Assembly (NCBI RefSeq): GCF_009914755.1
Contig: NC_060933.1
DNA from: the human T2T-CHM13v2.0 reference genome, Homo sapiens
DNA length: 64,000 nucleotides
Direction: 5' to 3' (one strand)
The translations under genes were made by a program, and so were the position numbers. The notes under the pieces were generated by a model, which was not told the origin of the DNA, searched no databases, and worked only from the letters and a program-made list of their open reading frames with translations. Shown here piece after piece: positions 60,401 through 64,000 of the stretch (positions within the stretch are counted from its first letter, which is position 1; each line of letters opens with the position of its first letter).

Positions 60401-62625
60401 CATTCCATTCCATTCCATTCCTTTCGGTTCCATTCCATTCCATTCCATTCCATTCCATTCCATTCAATTCCGTTCCGTTCCATTCCATTCCATTCCATTC
60501 TATTCGGGTTAATTCCATTCCATTCCATTCGATTGCAATCGAGTTGATTCCATTCCATTCCATTCCATTCCATTCCATTCTATTCGGGTTAATTCCATTC
60601 CATTCCATTCTGTTCCATTCCATTCCATTCCATTGCATTCCATTCCGTTCCATTCCGTTCCATTCCATTCCATTCCATTCTATTCGGGTTAATTTCATTC
60701 CATTCCATTCCATTGCATTCTATTCCATTCCATTGCAATCGAGTTGAATCCATTGCATTTCATTCCATTCCATTCCATTCCATTCCATTCCGGAAGATTC
60801 CATTCCATTGCATTCCATTCCATTCCATTCCCCTGCACTCGCGTTGATTCCATTCCATTCCATTCCATTCCATTCCATTCCATTCCATTCCATTGTACTC
60901 GGGTTGATTCCATTCCATTGCATTCCATTCCATTCCATTCCATTCCATTCTATTCCATTCCATTCCGTTGCTTTCCATTCCATTACATTCGGATTGATTC
61001 TATTCAACTCCCTTACTCTCCATTACATTCCATTCCATTCGGGTTCTTCCATTCCATTCCATTCCATTCCACTCCATTCCATTGCACTCGGGTTGATTCC
61101 ATTCCATTCCATTCCATTCCATTCATTCCGGATGATTCCATTCCATTGCATTCCGTTCCATTACATTCCCCTGCACTCGCGTTGATTCCATTCCATTCCA
61201 TTCCATTCCATTCAATTCCATTCCATTACAATTCGTTCCATTCCATTCTATTCCGTACCATTCCATTCCATTACATACCATTCCATTCCATTCCATTCCA
61301 TTCCATTCTGTTCCATTCCGTTCCATTCCATTCCATTCCATTCTATTCGGGTTAATTCCATTCCATTCCATTCCGTTCCATTCCATTCCATTCCATTCCA
61401 TTGCATTCCATTCCGTTCCATTCCGTTCCATTCCATTCCATTCCATTCTATTCGGGTTAATTCCATTCCATTCCATTCCATTCCATTCCATTCTATTCCA
61501 TTCCATTGCAATCGAGTTGAATCCATTGCATTTCATTCCATTCCATTCCATTCCATTCCATTCCGGAAGATTCCATTCCATTGCATTCCATTCCATTCCA
61601 TTCCCCTGCACTCGCGTTGATTCCATTCCATTCCATTCCACTCCATTCCATTCCATTCCATTCCGTTCCGTTCCGTTCCATTCCATTCCATTCCATTCCG
61701 TTCCGTTCCATTCCATTCCATTCCATTCCATTCTATTCGGGTTAATTCCATTCCATTCCATTCGATTGCAATCGAGTTGATTCCATTCCATTCCATTCCA
61801 TTCCATTCCATTCCATTCCATTCCATTCCTTTCCATTACATTACGGATGATTCCATTCCATTCCATTCCATTCCATTCCTTTCCCCTGTACTCGGGTTGA
61901 TTCCATTCCATTCCATTCCAATCCATGCCATTCCACTCGTGTTGATTCCATTCTTTCCATTCCATTCAAGATGAATCCATTCCATTGCATTCCATTCCAT
62001 TCGATACCATTCGTTTGCACTCGTGTTGATTCCATGGCATTGCATTCCATTCCATTCCATTCCTTTACATTCCATTCCATTCCATTCCATTCCTTTCCAT
62101 TCCATTCCATTCCATTCGGATTCATTCTATTCAATTCCCTTACACTCCATTACATTACATTCCATTCGGGTTGTTCCATTCCATTCCATTCCATTCCACT
62201 CCATTCCATTGCACTCGGGTTGATTCCATTCCATTCCTTTCCATTCCATTCCATTACATTCCGGATGATTCCATTCCATTGCATTCCGTTCCATTCCATT
62301 CCCCTGCACTCGCGTTGATTCCATTCCATTCCATTCCATTCCATTCAATTCCATTCCATTACAATTCGTTCCATTCCATTCTATTCCGTACCATTCCATT
62401 CAATTCCATACCATTCCATTCCATTCCATTCCATTCAGTTCCATTCCGTTCCATTCCATTCCATTCCATTCTATTCGGGTTAATTCCATTCCATTCCATT
62501 CCATTCCATTCCATTCTATTCCATTCCATTGCAGTCGAGTTGAATCCATTGCATTTCATTCCATTCCATTCCATTCCATTCCATTCCATTCCAGAAGATT
62601 CCATTCCATTGCATTCCATTCCATT
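56340..62625 (+). repeat. Near-identical ~2.05 kb duplication, ~56340-58400 vs ~60575-62625 (offset ~4227)
   Basis: ORF-track entries recur at +4227 (56786/61013, 56896/61123, 57744/61971, 57944/62171); private words CGATACC, CCTTTACATT and CCAGAAGA are shared. Confidence 0.9.
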
Positions 62626-64000
62626 CCATTGTATTCGGGTTGATTCCATTGCATTCCTTTCCATTCCATTCCATTCCATTCCATTCCATTACAATCGAGT
62701 TGATTCCATTCCATTCCATTCCATTCCAGTTCTTTCCATTCCATTCCACTCGGGTTGATTCCATTCTATTAGTTTCCATTCTATTCCATTCCCTTCCATT
62801 CCACTCTGGTTGATTCCATTCCTTTCCATTCCACTCGAATACATTCCCTCCTATTCCACTCGGAACGATTCCATTCCATTCCATTCCATTCCATTCCATT
62901 CCATTCCATTCCATTCCATTCCGTTCCATTCCATTCTATTCCGTACCATTCCATTCCATTCCATTCCATTCCATTCCATTCCACTCGTGTTGATTCCATT
63001 GCTTTCCATTCCATTCGGTTTGAAGGCATTCCATTCCATTCAATTCCATTCCATTCCATTCCATTCCATTCCATTCCATTCCATTCCATTGTACTCGGGT
63101 TGATTCAATTCCATTGCATTCCATTCCATTCCATTCCGTTGCATTCCATTCCATTTCATTCGGATTGATTGTATTCAAATCCCTTACTCTTCATTACATT
63201 CCATTCCATTCGGGTTGTTCCATTCCATTCCATTCCATTCCATTCCATTCCATTCCATACCATTCCATTCCATTCCATTCCATTCCATTCCGTTCCATTC
63301 CGTTCCATTCCATTCCATTCCATTCTATTCGGGTTAATTCCATTCCATTCCATTCCATTCCATTCCATTCTATTCCATTCCATTGCAATCGAGTTGAATC
63401 CATTGCATTTCATTCTATTCCATTCCATTCCATTCCATTCCGGAAGATTCCATTCCATTGCATTCCATTCCATTCCATTCCCCTGCACTCGCGTTGATTC
63501 CATTCCATTCCATTCCATTCCATTCCATTCCGTTCCATTCCGTTCCGTTCCATTTCATTCCATTCCATTCCATTCCATTCCGTTCCGTTCCATTTCATTC
63601 CATTCCATTCCACTCTATTCGGGTTAATTCCATTCCATTCCATTCGATTGCAATCGAGTTGATTCCATTCCATTCCATTCCATTCCATTCCATTCCTTTC
63701 CCCTGTACTCGGGTTGATTCCATTCCATTCCATTCCAATCCATGCCATTCCACTCGTGTTGATTCCATTCTTTCCATTCCATTCAAGATGAATCCATTCC
63801 ATTGCATTCCATTCCATTCGATTCCATTCGTTTGCACTCGTGTTGATTCCATGGCATTGCATTCCATTCCATTGCATTCCATTTCATTCCATTCCATTGC
63901 ATTCCATTTCATTCCATTCCATTCATTTCCATTCCATTCCATTCCATTCGGATTCATTCTATTCAATTCCCTTACACTCCATTACATTACATTCCATTCG
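62625..64000 (+). repeat. Third copy of the ~51400-52760 block (offset ~11.2 kb), running off the window end
   Basis: GTATTCGGGTTGATTCCATTGCATTCCTTTCC at 51408 and 62631; ORF-track offsets 51931/63169 and 52723/63966. Confidence 0.85.

Larger units (their letters stand above)
1..64000 (+). repeat. Human Satellite III (HSat3) array, (CATTC)n/(GGAAT)n, single orientation
   Basis: Continuous CATTC pentamers from end to end, interrupted every ~50-150 bp by ACTCGGGTTG or variants (ACTCGCGTTG, ACTCGTGTTG, ATTCGGGTTA, AATCGAGTTG), the classical Satellite III signature. Long perfect pentamer runs and absence of a ~23-26 bp CATTCGATTC-type unit argue against HSat2. Confidence 0.97.

Noticed and set aside
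1-64000. Hundreds of ORFs encoding (MEWNG)n or (IPFHS)n peptides
   Set aside because: A 5-bp repeat without stop codons is open in all frames on both strands. The ORFs overlap in every frame, have no domains or splice context, and frames shift freely between copies.
1-64000. CRISPR-like repeat-spacer pattern (ACTCGGGTTG separated by variable tracts)
   Set aside because: The intervening tracts are CATTC pentamers, not unique spacers; lengths vary widely and there are no cas genes or leader.
1-64000. HSat2, alpha satellite or telomeric repeat
   Set aside because: No 171-bp alpha monomer or TTAGGG tracts; CATTCGATTC is only sporadic, whereas perfect CATTC runs and ACTCGGGTTG dominate.
1-64000. 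Transposon insertion, inversion or unique island
   Set aside because: No poly-A tails, no extended GGAAT tract on the + strand, and no stretch that leaves the pentamer framework for more than a few tens of bases.
1-64000. Assignment to chromosome 9q12 or a named HSat3 subfamily
   Set aside because: Plausible given the CAACCCGAGT punctuation and HSE content, but related arrays exist on other chromosomes and a k-mer comparison is needed.
1-64000. A single fixed higher-order repeat such as the 3.5 kb DYZ1 or a 1.8 kb unit
   Set aside because: Landmark spacings are irregular and many different offsets coexist; no period holds across the window.

Overview
The whole 64 kb window is one uninterrupted, single-orientation array of human-type Satellite III (HSat3): (CATTC)n on the + strand and (GGAAT)n on the - strand, punctuated by the diagnostic decamer ACTCGGGTTG (CAACCCGAGT) and its variants. 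This is hominid pericentromeric heterochromatin; the chromosome or subfamily cannot be fixed by eye. I see no genes, transposons, inversions or unique sequence, and every ORF in the track is a translation of the pentamer ((MEWNG)n or (IPFHS)n). The array is structured at several scales: an ordered set of variant words forming a ~0.8 kb cycle, a near-identical 7.4 kb tandem duplication (25.3-40.1 kb), a decaying ~3.4/3.3/2.5 kb tandem series (40.7-49.9 kb), several older tandem or dispersed duplications, and domains defined by private variants. The most functionally suggestive signal is about 50 perfect three-unit heat shock elements (nTTCnnGAAnnTTCn), created by the variant ATTCCGGAAGATTCC and set in a continuous field of TEAD-type CATTCC motifs. 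I found no evidence of a novel protein-coding system. Counts and alignments were done by eye and from ORF-track offsets, so they are approximate.
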